DNA of 64,000 nt from Octopus bimaculoides (lineage: Eukaryota), in the NCBI RefSeq assembly GCF_001194135.2, contig NC_069003.1, positions 5,728,984 to 5,792,983 of the forward strand, written 5' to 3'. The notes beneath the pieces were generated by a model. It worked only from the letters and a program-made list of their open reading frames with translations. It was not told the DNA's origin and made no database searches. The position numbers were made by a program, and so were the translations under genes. Shown piece by piece: positions 12,599 through 25,806 of the stretch (the stretch's first letter is position 1; the number at the start of each line of letters is the position of its first letter).

Positions 12599-13486
12599 CT
12601 CTAACTTATGGGGACATAAAAAATACCAACACTGATTGTCAAGCAGTGGTGGGAGACAAACAAAGAACCCCACCCCATGTACGTGGGCTTCCACACAGTT
12701 TCCATCTACCAAAATCACTCAAGGCATAGTTTGGCCTGGGGCTATAGTAGAAATCACTAGCCCGAGGTACTGCCTAGTGGGACCAAGCCAGAAACCATGT
12801 GGGACTGAACTTGAAACCATGTGGTTGAAAAAGCAAGCTTCTTAACCACATGATCCTACCTGATTTATTATTATTTTTAATTAGATCTCAAACAGTGTTA
12901 AATGTGTTGGCTTGCCATGGGGTAAATTATGGCATCTACTTAAGTTAATGGTGAGGTGTGAGAGAAACTGGACTCACATACTTAGTTCGTTGAGCTTTAA
13001 AAAGTTAACTAGAAATAAAACATGTGGTGAGACAAACAGTCAGTTAAGTTAGTGCGATTATATTTGATGTATGCAACTTTATAAATATGTTAAACTAAAA
13101 ATAAATATGTGATGAAACATATAGACAGGCAGCTAGCTAGGTAGCTAAGGTAGGGTTAACATGCTTAATGCAAAGAACTTTTAATGGCTAACTGGAAATA
13201 TGTGGTGAGACAGACAGTTAAATAGACAGGCATACTGATAGGTAAATAGACAGATTGGTAGACAGACAAACAGGAAGATTGGTGGACAGACAGACAGACA
13301 GACATGTAGACAGAAAGACAGGCAGGCAGATTGACAAATAGACAGGTTAGTTAGTGTTAACGTATTTAATGTATGGCGAATTAAAAAGGTTAGCTAGAAA
13401 TAATTGTGTGGAGAAACCGATAGACACAAAATGAGGTAGACAGAGGGACAGAGAGAGGGAGAGAGAGATGAAGTAACTTATTATTA

Positions 13487-13524
<38 letters not shown>

Positions 13525-13526
<2 letters not shown>

Positions 13527-13970
13527 GGCGGCGAGCTGGCAGAATCGTTAGCGCTCCAGATGAAATGCTTAGTGGTGTTTTACCCGTAGCTACTTTCTGA
13601 ATTCAAATTCCACTGAGGTTGACCTTAACTTTCAACCTTTTGTGGTCAATAAATTAAGTACCAGTTGAACACTGGGGTTAGTGTAATAAAAAAAAATTGC
13701 TGCCCCTGTGGCAAAATTTGATTCCATTATTATTATTAGTTTGTCTTATTATTAAGGCAGTGAGAAGGCAGAATCGTTAGCATGCCAGGCAAAATGCTTA
13801 GCAACATTTCATCCATCTTCACATTCTGAGTTCAAATTCCCCCAGGGTTGACTTTGCCTTTCATCTTTTCGTGGTCGATAAATTAAGTACCAGTTGAGCA
13901 CTGGGGGTCAATGTAGTCAACTAGTTCCCTCCCTCAAAATTTCAGGCTTTGTGCCTATAGCAGAAAGGAT
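13525..13970 (+). mobile_element. Two tandem family A SINEs in a (TAT)n tract
   Basis: Heads AAGGCGGCGAGCTGGCAG (13525) and AAGGCAGTGAG (13754), each followed by the core. Confidence 0.8.
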
Positions 13971-14314
13971 TATTATTTTTATTATTATTATTATTATTAC
14001 TACTACTACTTGCTGAAGTTCATTTTAATTTTGCACATTAGTATTGTATTTTCTGGTACTTAACTTGGATTTCTAATGAATAACCTCAAGTATTCAGTGG
14101 AACAGAATGTCAGTGACCAGAGCAGGAATGTATATTGTATTTATTGATATTGTCATACTATTACTATTATTATTGTTGTTGTTGTTCAGTCCCACACAGC
14201 TTTCATCTGCACCCTGAAGACTGGAAACAATGGACCCTCTTGGTCGTGACATTCATTTTGGAACTACCATGTGATGTCAAGACAGACACAGAAATGTATA
14301 ATATTATAAACACT

Positions 14315-14705
14315 CATCGTTTCCATGCTTGCATGGGTTGGAGGGATGGAATGTGTTAAGCAGATTTTCTACTGCCAGATGCCCTTTCCGTCATCAACCC
14401 TCACTCCGTTCCAAGGTAATATTTGCCCACGACATGTTTTCATGAAATATTGGGAACAAAGGGCATGACTTGCACGATGACAATCATTTACAGCCATCAC
14501 ATGATGTTAAGGCAAGTAGATAGCAACACGTATACACACATTTATATATGTATACGACAGGCTTCTTTCAGTTTTCATCTACCAAATCCACTAATAAAGC
14601 TTTGCTCAGCCCAGGGATATAGTAGAAAACACTTGCCCCAGGCATTAGACAGTGGGACTGAACCCAGAACCATGTTGTTGGGAAGTAAACTCCTTACCAC
14701 ACATC
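14315..14705 (-). mobile_element. SINE family B2: B head plus a different, RTE-like 3' tail
   Basis: Same head and CORE-like body as B1, but the tail matches the RTE 3' UTR end (plus strand TTTCCATGCTTGCATGGGTTG..GATGCCCTTTCC). Another copy at 57335-57735(-); tail pieces at 10130-10290, 28660-28860, 62400-62520. Confidence 0.7.
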
Positions 14706-14731
14706 TACATCTATATATATATATATATATC

Positions 14732-14784
<53 letters not shown>

Positions 14785-15110
14785 TCACACACATTTACAT
14801 GCCCATAAACACATGATAGACTTTTTTCAGATTTCATCTACTAAATTCACTCACAAGGCTAAAGTTTGCCTGGGGATGTAGACTGAACCCGGAACCATGT
14901 GAGTGGGAAGCAAGTTTCTTAACCACACAGTCACGCCTGTGCCATATAATGCTACTACATAACTGTGAAGAGGTATGGCCTAAAGTACTGAGTTCATAAT
15001 CATCAGTTCGTAAGTTCAATTGCTGGGTCAGGTGACATGTCCTTGAGCAAGGTGCTTCACTTCACATTGCCTCAATCTACTCAGCTGAAAATGAGTACCA
15101 ATTGGTGCAA

Positions 15111-15147
<37 letters not shown>

Positions 15148-15392
15148 TCTCTATCTCTCTCCCTCCTCCCCAGCTCTCTTGTCCTCGATGTTCAACTGGA
15201 TCAAGATTGTGAGGACCAAGAGAGTTTTTATAACTGCCCAGGACTACTTAGACACTTAAAACATTTAGATAATGCTTGGGACATTCTACTGAGTCATACT
15301 TACTTGGGAAAGATATAACTATCTTTTATCTTTTACTTATTTCAGTCATTGGACTTTGGCCATGCTGGGGCACCACCTTGAAGGTTTTAGTC

Positions 15393-15647
15393 CAGTGGTT
15401 CTCAACCAGGGTCCATAGGACTCTTGAGGTTTTGTATGAGATTTTGTTGTTAAAATTTATCTGCAACAAATCGGTTGTATTTCTACAATACACAATATGT
15501 TTTGACAATTTTTTTAATACAATTCCTAACAATATTTAATTATAAATATACAATAGTATTTTTTTAAACACTGAATGGCTATGAAAGTCCATCCCAGTAA
15601 AATAGGGATCAAAGAGATCCATAGATACAAACGGTTGAGAACCTCTA
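15393..15647. mobile_element. hAT/Charlie-type MITE
   Basis: TIRs CAGTGGTTCTCAACC / GGTTGAGAACCTCTA with a CTCTAGAA-type flank. Related ends at about 15800-15815, 42662-42725 and 61820. Confidence 0.65.
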
Positions 15648-16414
15648 CTCTAGAATAAGAGCGAAATCACACTACTGTCTTTTTTTTTTTTTAAAAAAGC
15701 ACAAAAAAAACAGGCATAAACACTGCTTAATGTAATCTGAGATAAACGTCCACTCAAGTAAAAGTGGAATCAAAGGGGTCCCTTAGTCAAAAAATGGTTG
15801 AGAACCACTGGTTCTATCAAATTAAATCATTTCCTGTGCTTAAGGTGCCATACAGTGGGACTGAACCTGGAACCATGTGGTTGCAAAGCAAGCTTCTTAA
15901 CCACACAGTCATACCTGTGCACCTATGTTTTGCTTTATTTATTTTATTTTTTACCATCATTATATCTCACCTGATTCTGCACCAATGTACTCATTTCTGT
16001 TTCAATACACAATATCACATCAAGTCCTCCTTGTACGAAAGCAAGCTTACAAACCAGTGAGAAACTTTAAACAATGTCAGAACTAAATCTACTTGCTGTG
16101 TTATTTAAATCTACTTTTCATTGCATATCTCCTATTTTTACCTGACCGTATCTCCAAAAGTTCACCTATCTATCTTTTCTCTCCATCAGCTCACCTGTAT
16201 CTCACAATTATCATACTTAATTATTACATATTTCTTAGTGGCTTCTTAAGCATAGCTGGTTTCTCTCTCTCTCTCTCTCTCTTTCCCCCTCTCCATTCCA
16301 CTCCATTTTACTCTGCTTCTGTTCTTTTTTTTTTTTCATTTTTGTCTCACTCTCTCTTCATTTCTATCTGTCAGTCTCTGTTTGTTTGTCTGTCTGTCTG
16401 TCTATCTTCACTTC

Positions 16415-16466
<52 letters not shown>

Positions 16467-17627
16467 ATCTATCTATCTTTACTTCTGTCTATCTCTGACT
16501 CTCAACTTAACCATCCAGTCTACTCTCAGAAACTGTAAAATCCAAACAACCTACTAAAACACAAACAGCCCCCAACCTCTGCCCTAATTTATCTGCTGTC
16601 TACACTCACCGTCCTCTCCCACCCTACCCAAGCCCCAATACTGCAGGCACATTTTACATAGAACAATCTCAAGTAGATACTTGAATAATGATCACATGAC
16701 TTAATCACTTGTGACTACTAAAGCAATTACAACCATATTACATATTACATCAAACTGTGTGTGTGTTTGTGTGTGAGTTTATATGTGGAAATATATATAT
16801 CTATATACAGACAGACATAACGTATCTATTTCATGCCTGTCAGGGAAACATGTAGTTGCTTGCCCTGCTAGATATAGCAGTCATATCTCATTCAAATTAT
16901 GCTGTACAAGGTTTAAAGATTAATAGACACATCATGCATTGTCATCTCTGATTTATAAAAAAAAAAAGAAAGGTAAGAAGATTGTGATCCAAATGCTTTG
17001 GTCCTCAGTCTACAAATTACAGCTGCCCTTGGACTATCATTATTACTAAGGCAGCAAATTGGCAGAATTGTTAGCACGCCGGAAAAAATGCTTAGCGGTA
17101 TTTCATCTGCAGCTATGTTCTGAGTTCAAATTCTGTCAAGACCAACTTTGCTTTCAACCATTTTAGGGTTGATAAATTAAGTATTAGTGAATCACTGGGG
17201 TCAATGAAATTGACTAGCCCACTCCCGCTAAATTTCATGCTCTTCAACAATTTCTCCACTTGTAGAAGACACTGGCCAGAAGTACTGTGCAAATGAGACT
17301 GAATCTGAAAACAACACGGTTACAAATATATGTTTGGAGCAAGAGAGAGAGAGAGAGAGAAAGAGTGATCCTTCTCAATAAGTTGTAGTATTTTGTCTTT
17401 AATGTCTGCTGAGCTTAAAATACACGTAAGTTAGAAACTGTGGCAGACACACTCCGACTCACACATGTATATACACACATGTGCATATATTGATGCATGC
17501 ATGTTGCACACATATATATCAAATGACATGCACATGTACACACATAAATGCATACACACACACTTGCATGCTTAGGCATATATGCATTTACTCATACATG
17601 AAAGCATATGCACACTCACATGCGCAG

Positions 17628-17670
<43 letters not shown>

Positions 17671-17793
17671 TATGTAGTCATACAAACACACACCAAATGA
17701 CATATACTGTCTCACACTTACATGTGTATTCATTCCCACATGAAGACATACACTCACTTGCACAGATATATATGTATATATATATACATATGT

Positions 17794-17826
<33 letters not shown>

Positions 17827-18318
17827 GACCCCTCCCCCACATCTTCATCTCTATGTGCTATGCTACAACTTCATGGAATATATTATTCCATGTCACAACA
17901 ATCATACAGAACATATCTTTTTCAAAGTGGTTTCTTTATCCTAATTAATTTTAAGCTTCTTTTTCCTTTCTAAATTCAATTGAATATTTGGAATAAGTTG
18001 GATTATTGTTGGGGTTTGTTTGTTTTTCTTTCTCTGATTTTTAAGGATTATTGTCTAATTAGCGATTAATGGATTCTAAAATATTGGTAGAAAATTAATT
18101 CTATTCAAAATCTCTTAAAATATTCATTTCTTTTATTCTTTCACTTGTTTCACTCATTAAAGTGTGGCCTTGCTGGGGCACCACCTTGAAGAATTTTAGA
18201 TGAATGCATTGACTCCAGTACTTTTTTTTTATTAAATATGGTACTAATTCTGTTAGTTCCTTTTGCCATGCAGTGGGACTGAACCTGTCGTGAGTGTGTG
18301 TGTGTGTATGTATGTATG

Positions 18319-18363
<45 letters not shown>

Positions 18364-18896
18364 NNNNNNNNNNNNNNNNNNNNNNNNNNNNNNNNNNNNN
18401 NNNNNNNNNNNNNNNNNNNNNNNNNNNNNNNNNNNNNNNNNNNNNNNNNNNNNNNNNNNNNNNNNNNNNNNNNNNNNNNNNNNNNNNNNNNNNNNNNNNN
18501 NNNNNNNNNNNNNNNNNNNNNNNNNNNNNNNNNNNNNNNNNNNNNNNNNNNNNNNNNNNNNNNNNNNNNNNNNNNNNNNNNNNNNNNNNNNNNNNNNNNN
18601 NNNNNNNNNNNNNNNNNNNNNNNNNNNNNNNNNNNNNNNNNNNNNNNNNNNNNNNNNNNNNNNNNNNNNNNNNNNNNNNNNNNNNNNNNNNNNNNNNNNN
18701 NNNNNNNNNNNNNNNNNNNNNNNNNNNNNNNNNNNNNNNNNNNNNNNNNNNNNNNNNNNNNNNNNNNNNNNNNNNNNNNNNNNNNNNNNNNNNNNNNNNN
18801 NNNNNNNNNNNNNNNNNNNNNNNNNNNNNNNNNNNNNNNNNNNNNNNNNNNNNNNNNNNNNNNNNNNNNNNNNNNNNNNNNNNNNNNNNNNNNNNN
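18364..18896. other. Assembly gap (others: 22068-22366, 36852-36935, 49843-49852, 60756-60933)
   Basis: N runs, mostly bordered by microsatellites. Confidence 1.
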
Positions 18897-19722
18897 ATGT
18901 CCCTGTAACTTAGCGGTTTGATAGAATAAGTATCAGGCTTTAGAAAGTACTGGGGCCGATACATTTGACTAAAAGTTCTTCAAGGCTGTGCCCCAGCATG
19001 GCCGCACTCTAATGACTGAAACAAGTAAAATATAAAAGATATTTGTATATATATATATATATATCTTTTACCTTTTGCTGTATATATATATATATATATA
19101 TTCATGTGAGTGTTTGTCCCGCACTACCACCACCACATAACAACCAGTGTTGGTGTGTTTACCTTTCTGTAACTTAGTAGTTTGGCAAAAGAGGCCGATA
19201 GAATGAGTATCAGGTTTGAAATAGAAGCCCTGGGGTTGAGTTATTCAACTGAAAGTTCTTAAAGGCAGTGCCCCAGCATGGCCGCAGTCTCATCTCTGAA
19301 ACGAGTAAAAGATAAAAGATACAACCATGCCTAAGATTTCAGAATATTATCTAACTAGAAGTCAATCTGATTCAAGTTGTTGGGAGACATCAATGAGATA
19401 TTGTTGAAAAGTTAGTGTAAGTATGAGCTCACATTTCAGTAGTTATCCGTATGTATACATCTCTTGTTGCATTCATCAATGTGGAAACCTAGAACAGAAG
19501 AGCTGTGTATTCTTTCATGTCGTATGTAATTAATGATTTGTTTGTGTATTCTGTAAATTAATTAGCATTGCTAGTTCAAGAAAGTATCAGATTTGAAAGT
19601 TCTGACCAGACAAGAAGAAATATGAGAATGGTATATTTTCTTCAAAATGATTGTTAGTCATGTCTGTCACAGGAATGGTTTGGAAGTTTGCTTGGCGATC
19701 ATATGGTTTTGGATTCATTTCT

Positions 19723-19936
19723 TATTTCCAAGCATAGAGGGGGAAAACAAGGACAGACAAAGGAATTAAGTCGATTACATTGACCCCAAGTGCGTAACTG
19801 GTACTTAATTTATTGACCCCGAAAGGATGAAAGGCAAAGTTGACCTCAGCGGAATTTGAACTCAGAAAGTAACGGCAGACGAAATACCGCTAAGCATTTC
19901 GCCTGACGTGGTAACGTTTCAGCCAGCTTTCCGCCT
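19723..19936 (-). mobile_element. Relatively young family A SINE (variant tail) inserted in a B head, with TSD
   Basis: Many CpGs retained. 16-bp TSD TTTTGGATTCATTTCT (19707-19722) / TTTTGGGTTCATTTCT (19937-19952). Confidence 0.8.
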
Positions 19937-20169
19937 TTTTGGGTTCATTTCTACTGTTCAACCTGTGTTAGGGATGAGACAATCAATAGTTTTTTAGCAC
20001 ATGAACTTTCATTCACCCCATCACATCCCTGGAAATCAGTCTCTCTTGCATGTATGCATTCTAGCTCAGATTTTTTGTCTAACAAACAGTTTTGTAATTG
20101 CTGATCGTCATAGCATAATGCTTATCCAAGTAAAACGAGTTATGAATTCTTTTCTTCTTCACTGGAATC

Positions 20170-20545
20170 TTTCATCACCATCATTTAATGTCCATTGTCC
20201 ATGCTGGCATGGGTTGGATGGTTTGATCAGAGTTGGCAAGCTGGAGAGCTGCACCAGACTCCAGTCTGATTTGACATGATTTCTACAGCTGGATGCCCTT
20301 CTTAATGCCAACCACTTTACAGAGTGGAGTGGGTACTTTTATGTGGCCCTGCTTGAGCACTCTCACTTGGCACTGGAATGAGTGCTTTTTGCATGGCTCT
20401 CGTACAGGGCTCTTGCAAGCCAATCTTCTTCGCCAGGGGGAGCTGTCTTAATACTTCTGCTGTGGAGTACAGGTCTTCTTGGGTACAGCAAGGTACCAAG
20501 TATCTCAGTTCTTTGTCGTCTCGTCTGAAATCTAGTGGGATGTAT
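20170..20545 (-). mobile_element. 5'-truncated RTE LINE end (ORF remnant plus 3' UTR)
   Basis: Minus-strand remnant ISDETTKN*DTWYLAVPKKT followed by the family C UTR. Confidence 0.55.
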
Positions 20546-21051
20546 TTTACTAGTCTAATACTGAAGGCCCAAAATAACAATTACAGTTACAATAACATGT
20601 CCTCTGCCACAGCCTCAGGGCAGCTTAAGTCTTGCAAGGGGAAATTGCATAGACAGGAACCATGCACAAATCCATCAGGTGGTGCACATGTTGTTGGGTG
20701 GAATATTTAATCCATTACTAGGTTTTAACATTACTACCTGGTCCTCGTATGTCTTTGATATTACCCACTATATTGCAAGCATTTGGACAAAGTCTCCTGT
20801 CTGAGAATTATTCAAGATTCATGGTTTCTTTCTTGCTTTTCCCTAACAGTTCAGAAACCCTACGAAAAGAAAAAAGGTCATAGACTCTGCCCTTCCTCCT
20901 CTGACTTTGCCTTGATATATATATAAGTGTGTATAGTGTCATGTATCATATATATGTAGTATAAATCTCAGCTCTTTTAAGTAATAAAATTTCAGTTGTT
21001 TTAAATAATACTAAATGTGTTGAGTGCCCTTTTCTTTCGTTTGTCCACTCA

Positions 21052-21082
<31 letters not shown>

Positions 21083-21749
21083 ATTTGTGTGTATGTGTAT
21101 AAACACAGTTTCCATTTACCAGGCTCACTCGCAGGGCAATGATGAAACTGGGGCTACAGTAGAAGACACTTGTCTAAAGTGCTATGCAGTGGGACTGAAC
21201 CTGAGACCATGCAGTAGCAAAGTGAGCTTCTTCATCACACAGCCATGCCTGTGACTATAAAAAGGAAATAAAAAGAAAAATTTAAATTTTTTTTTTTTTG
21301 TAGTGAAACAAATACATTCATGAAAGCTGTTTTAATAGTTGAAATTTAAAAGTACTAAATGCTACAACTAGTGCTGTACAAGGTCACTTGTCAGTTTAAG
21401 GTTGTATGCACTAATGACACAAATACATATATTTGAATGAATTATCATTCCACACTCGACCATTGTAGTGAACTGGCAATGAAAAGAATGGGTGGGGGCT
21501 GAGAAAAAAACCTATTGCTAACACTAGTTAAGTGATTTGTGGGTGTTTGACTTGCTAGAAATAGTAGCTAAATCTCTCTTAAATCAAAGTGTAGTGTCTT
21601 TAATTAAAATCGAAAATTCTGAAGGACATGTTCGACAGAAAATGTGGACCTAGGTATACACAAAACGATGTCGGAACTGGTGGGTCAAGGCTGGAATCGC
21701 CTCTTGTTGATTGTCTGTTGAGCCAGTGCTAACTGAAGCTAAACTTGCC

Positions 21750-21945
21750 ACCATCGCTGCCACCACCACCATCATCACCACCACTACCACAACTACTACT
21801 ACTACCACCACTACCACAGCTACTACTACCACCACCACCACTATCACCAACCACCACTACCACCACTACTACTACAGTGACTACTACAACTACTATTACT
21901 ACCACCACCACCACCACCACCGCCACTGCTGCTACTACTACTACT
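21750..21945. repeat. (ACC/ACT)n compound triplet microsatellite
   Basis: Direct reading. Confidence 0.95.
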
Positions 21946-22477
21946 ATTAAAATAGACATGTTACACAACTTTGAGGTTTTGTGTCAGTAAAATGGCAAGT
22001 CATGTAAAAAATAAAAGCCAAAAAAAAAATATATATATAAATCATAAAAACCTTAAAATTTCCGGTCNNNNNNNNNNNNNNNNNNNNNNNNNNNNNNNNN
22101 NNNNNNNNNNNNNNNNNNNNNNNNNNNNNNNNNNNNNNNNNNNNNNNNNNNNNNNNNNNNNNNNNNNNNNNNNNNNNNNNNNNNNNNNNNNNNNNNNNNN
22201 NNNNNNNNNNNNNNNNNNNNNNNNNNNNNNNNNNNNNNNNNNNNNNNNNNNNNNNNNNNNNNNNNNNNNNNNNNNNNNNNNNNNNNNNNNNNNNNNNNNN
22301 NNNNNNNNNNNNNNNNNNNNNNNNNNNNNNNNNNNNNNNNNNNNNNNNNNNNNNNNNNNNNNNNNNATAATGTATGCATAGATATATATACACACAAACA
22401 TCTAAATATAATCTATATAAAATATATGTACACATATAATGTGCATGTGTGTATATATATATATATATGTGTGTATG

Positions 22478-22520
<43 letters not shown>

Positions 22521-23119
22521 GCACACACGTGTATAATATATACAAAATATGTATAAGGCGGGTTGTGTGTATTTATCTATATATATATATATGTGTGTGT
22601 GTATACACACACACACACACACACAACTGAGAAAGCTAACAGACTTCAAAGCCATTTAAATACCATAATAATAATTTAAATTCTTGAAATTAGAGATAAA
22701 GGGTGTTAATTTTCTGTGTGTGTGTTTGTGTGAATAACTAAATTAGAAAATGTTCCATCAATGCAATGATTACCAATTTTCTGTCACTGTGATAGTGGTT
22801 ATTATTTTAGCCCGAAGTCACTCCTGGCCTGTGACCAAAAATATTCCATCACCACCATTCGATTGCATAACAAAATTCTTCACTATAACAGCAGCTTTCG
22901 TTATTCAGCTGTGGTCGTGTGGTTGGGTGATTGACTCTGGTTGTTGGTGGGAATTGAATTCTCTGGTGGAATTTGAACTCAACATCATCATAGAATGAAA
23001 CATTTGAGCACAGCTGTTTAAATGCTGATGATTTGGCATGACTGACAGGATACTCTGCCTGTTTTGGCAGCTGTGCATTTTGGCACACACATACAGGTAA
23101 AGAGAATGAGATGTAGAGC

Positions 23120-23555
23120 ACGAGAGACATTTCTACTTGTGGAAGTGGTAGACCCAGGAAGAAATGCGATGGAGTGGTGAGAAAGGATCTTCAGACGCTG
23201 GGCCTCACTGAGGAAATGACAAGGGACCGGGAGTTGTGAAAATTTGTTCTACTCCAGAAGATGAATCAATCCTAGTTAAATTGCTGTCATCCATACATAC
23301 AGGCTTGTCCTTTACAGGTGCTGGTGGCACATAACATGCACTCGTACCGGTGCTGCATAAATGCACCCATGTTGGTGGCACGTAAAAAGCACCCACCACA
23401 CTCTGTAAAGTGGTTGGTGTTAGGAAGGATATCCACTGATATAAACTATGCCACAAGAGGCAGTTAGAATCTGGACAGCTCCCTGATAGGCCAACTCTTA
23501 TCAGACCACCCAGCTCGTGCCAGCATGGAAAATGGATGTTAAACGATGATGATAT
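23120..23555 (+). mobile_element. 5'-truncated RTE LINE (ORF2 C-terminus plus 3' UTR)
   Basis: 23138-23239 reads CGSGRPRKKCDGVVRKDLQTLGLTEEMTRDREL*, matching the RTE motif GRPRKTW..V..DL. The family C UTR and (GAT)n tail follow. Confidence 0.85.
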
Positions 23556-25572
23556 GACTAGCATAAACACTTTCCCTCTCCTCATACACATAAAGTGAAA
23601 TATGCTGACATAAAACAGAGGGAGAGAGAGAGAGAGAGAGATAGATGAGAATGAGAGAAACATTAAGATGCCTGTCGTTACAATAAGTTAGCATTCAATC
23701 AGCAATGCCGAAGAAACAGCACCAAACTGACTATGCTGAAACATCTCATACCCTTATCATGATCAGTTTTGACGTCTAATTTTCCATGTTGGCATGGGTT
23801 AAAGAAGAATATTTTGGAGCAGAGTTTTCTATGGTTAGATGCCCTTTCTGTTGTGAACTCTCAACTATTTTTCAAAAGTGGCAAGGCAGCTGGTGAGCTT
23901 GCACTTAATTAGGGTGAGCTTCATTGTAGTGTCATCAATGCATTGCAGGTGTATGATACATGATGACAATGGTGTGTGTGTGTTTAAGGCTTTGGTTGGA
24001 CCATGGTTAAGGTAGAAACCATTTACCTAATGTACCATGCAGTGGGACTGAACCTGAAACCACATAGTTGGCAAGTGAACTTCTTAACCAGACAGCCATA
24101 TCTGTGCACCTGTAGATATAAAATTTAAATTGTCTGAGGTATTTGTCTTAAAATAAGTTAGTTGTTATTTAGCCACAGGTCACTCCTAGTTGTGCTGGCT
24201 TACAAGCATTGAATTCCAGCAATGACCATCCCATCTTTTATTCGTTCAGTTTATATTCTTTTTTTTTTTTCTTTTTATTGTTTACTGATGGGGAAATGTG
24301 ATGTGCAGGAGAAATTTGACTATGATTTCTAGCATGTCAAGCAATGATGTTTTAAATCCCCCTTGTTAGATTAGCTGAAATGAAGGTTAGTTGAAAGTGG
24401 ATGTATATAACTTATCCCTTTTAAAGCTAAAAAAAAATAATAATTCTTATCTCATTTTAATTAATCAACACAAAATAATCCTGTTGTCAATAAATTTTGT
24501 TTCACAAAATTAATTAAAACTTTTAAATTCTTGGCAAATTGTGCAAGGAACTGTATTTGTGAATTGATTGAATTAAGTTCGTTAAAGACCAACATTACAG
24601 CACTTCATCTTACAGCATCAAGTTTGTTGTGTTTAGCCCCAGGTAGCATTGATTGACAATCAAAACTATGACGAAAGGCATTCTAACCATGGCTAACCCA
24701 CCTAAATTGTGAATTCTTTTTTTAAAGACATAAATGATGTCTAGCTCTACATTGTCTTTCATATGTACATTTGTTGTTTTTTTAACAACTAGGATGGCAA
24801 GTTTCTTACCAACACCAGTTGTCAAGTGGTGATGGGGGACAAACATAGACACAAAGAAACACAAACACATACACACATATACAGTGGGCTTCTTTCAGTT
24901 TCTGCTTACCAAATCTACTCACAAGGCTTTGGTTGGTCAAGGCTTATAGTAGAAGACATTTGCGCAAGGTACCACACAGTGAGTCTGAACTTGGAACTAT
25001 GTGGTTGGGAAGCAGACTCTTTTAGCTTTTGCTACCATCTGCTGCTGCCTAGCAACAGCATATTCATTAAAATAATCTCACTAAATAGCCATGTTGTGGC
25101 AGGAAACTATCACCTCATTGAAAGTAACATTTCTCTAAATATTTTCTGTGCGCTTCATAGCAAGCTGTGTGTGTTTTTTTAATATCCTGAAGGAGACAAT
25201 CTTTACTTGCAGCCTATTGTGAGGCCCTCTTGGGGTAATAAAACATAAAAATTGAAGGAAAAAGAAAAAAATAAGGGGGTTTGGTTGAGTTAAGTACAGT
25301 CAGCATAGAGTGAAGACTTAGGATGTAATGTTTTCAGAAGACAGGGGAAAGGAAGAGGATTTCCCCTTGCAGTAATGTTTGGTATGAAGGAGGTAGAGGT
25401 AAATGTGGATAGGGAAATGTTGAAAGGGGTTAGGACCTTAGACAGTTCAGAACAGGGGCCAGGGCTAGCAAGTTTAAAATAGCAAACCCTTTTTACTGGA
25501 AGATATCAGTAGGGAAGAGATATTCAAGCATGTGATTAGCTTCATGAAAATATAATATTGTAAAGAAATATG

Positions 25573-25806
25573 CAGGGTTGGCCAAAAGTCAGCTGACAGT
25601 AAATCAAAACCATTTCATTCCAAGATTTATTTATGTTTAACAACTGCTTGAATTTTATAAAAGCATCTAAATATGAAACATTATGAAAATTGTTCAAACT
25701 GAAGTCCTTCTTGAGCGACACATTTTTCCCATTCAAGCCAATACAGAATTACAGAGAGTATTTATGGAATTTTGATTTACTGTCGGGTGACTTTTGGCCA
25801 ACCCTG
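25573..25806 (-). mobile_element. Tc1/mariner MITE (234 bp)
   Basis: 37-bp TIRs CAGGGTTGGCCAAAAGTCAGCTGACAGTAAATCAAAA (2 mismatches), TG/TA flanks. Minus-strand remnant WLEWEKCVAQEGLQFEQFS* resembles a transposase C-terminus. Confidence 0.85.

Noticed and set aside
19575-19630. Exon-like QESIRFESSDQTRRNMRM
   Set aside because: Weak acceptor, middling donor, and the phase does not fit the upstream candidate exon.
20850-20876. CCCTAACAG| followed by FRNPTKRKK
   Set aside because: Good acceptor, but the donor (GTCATA) is implausible and no better one lies nearby.
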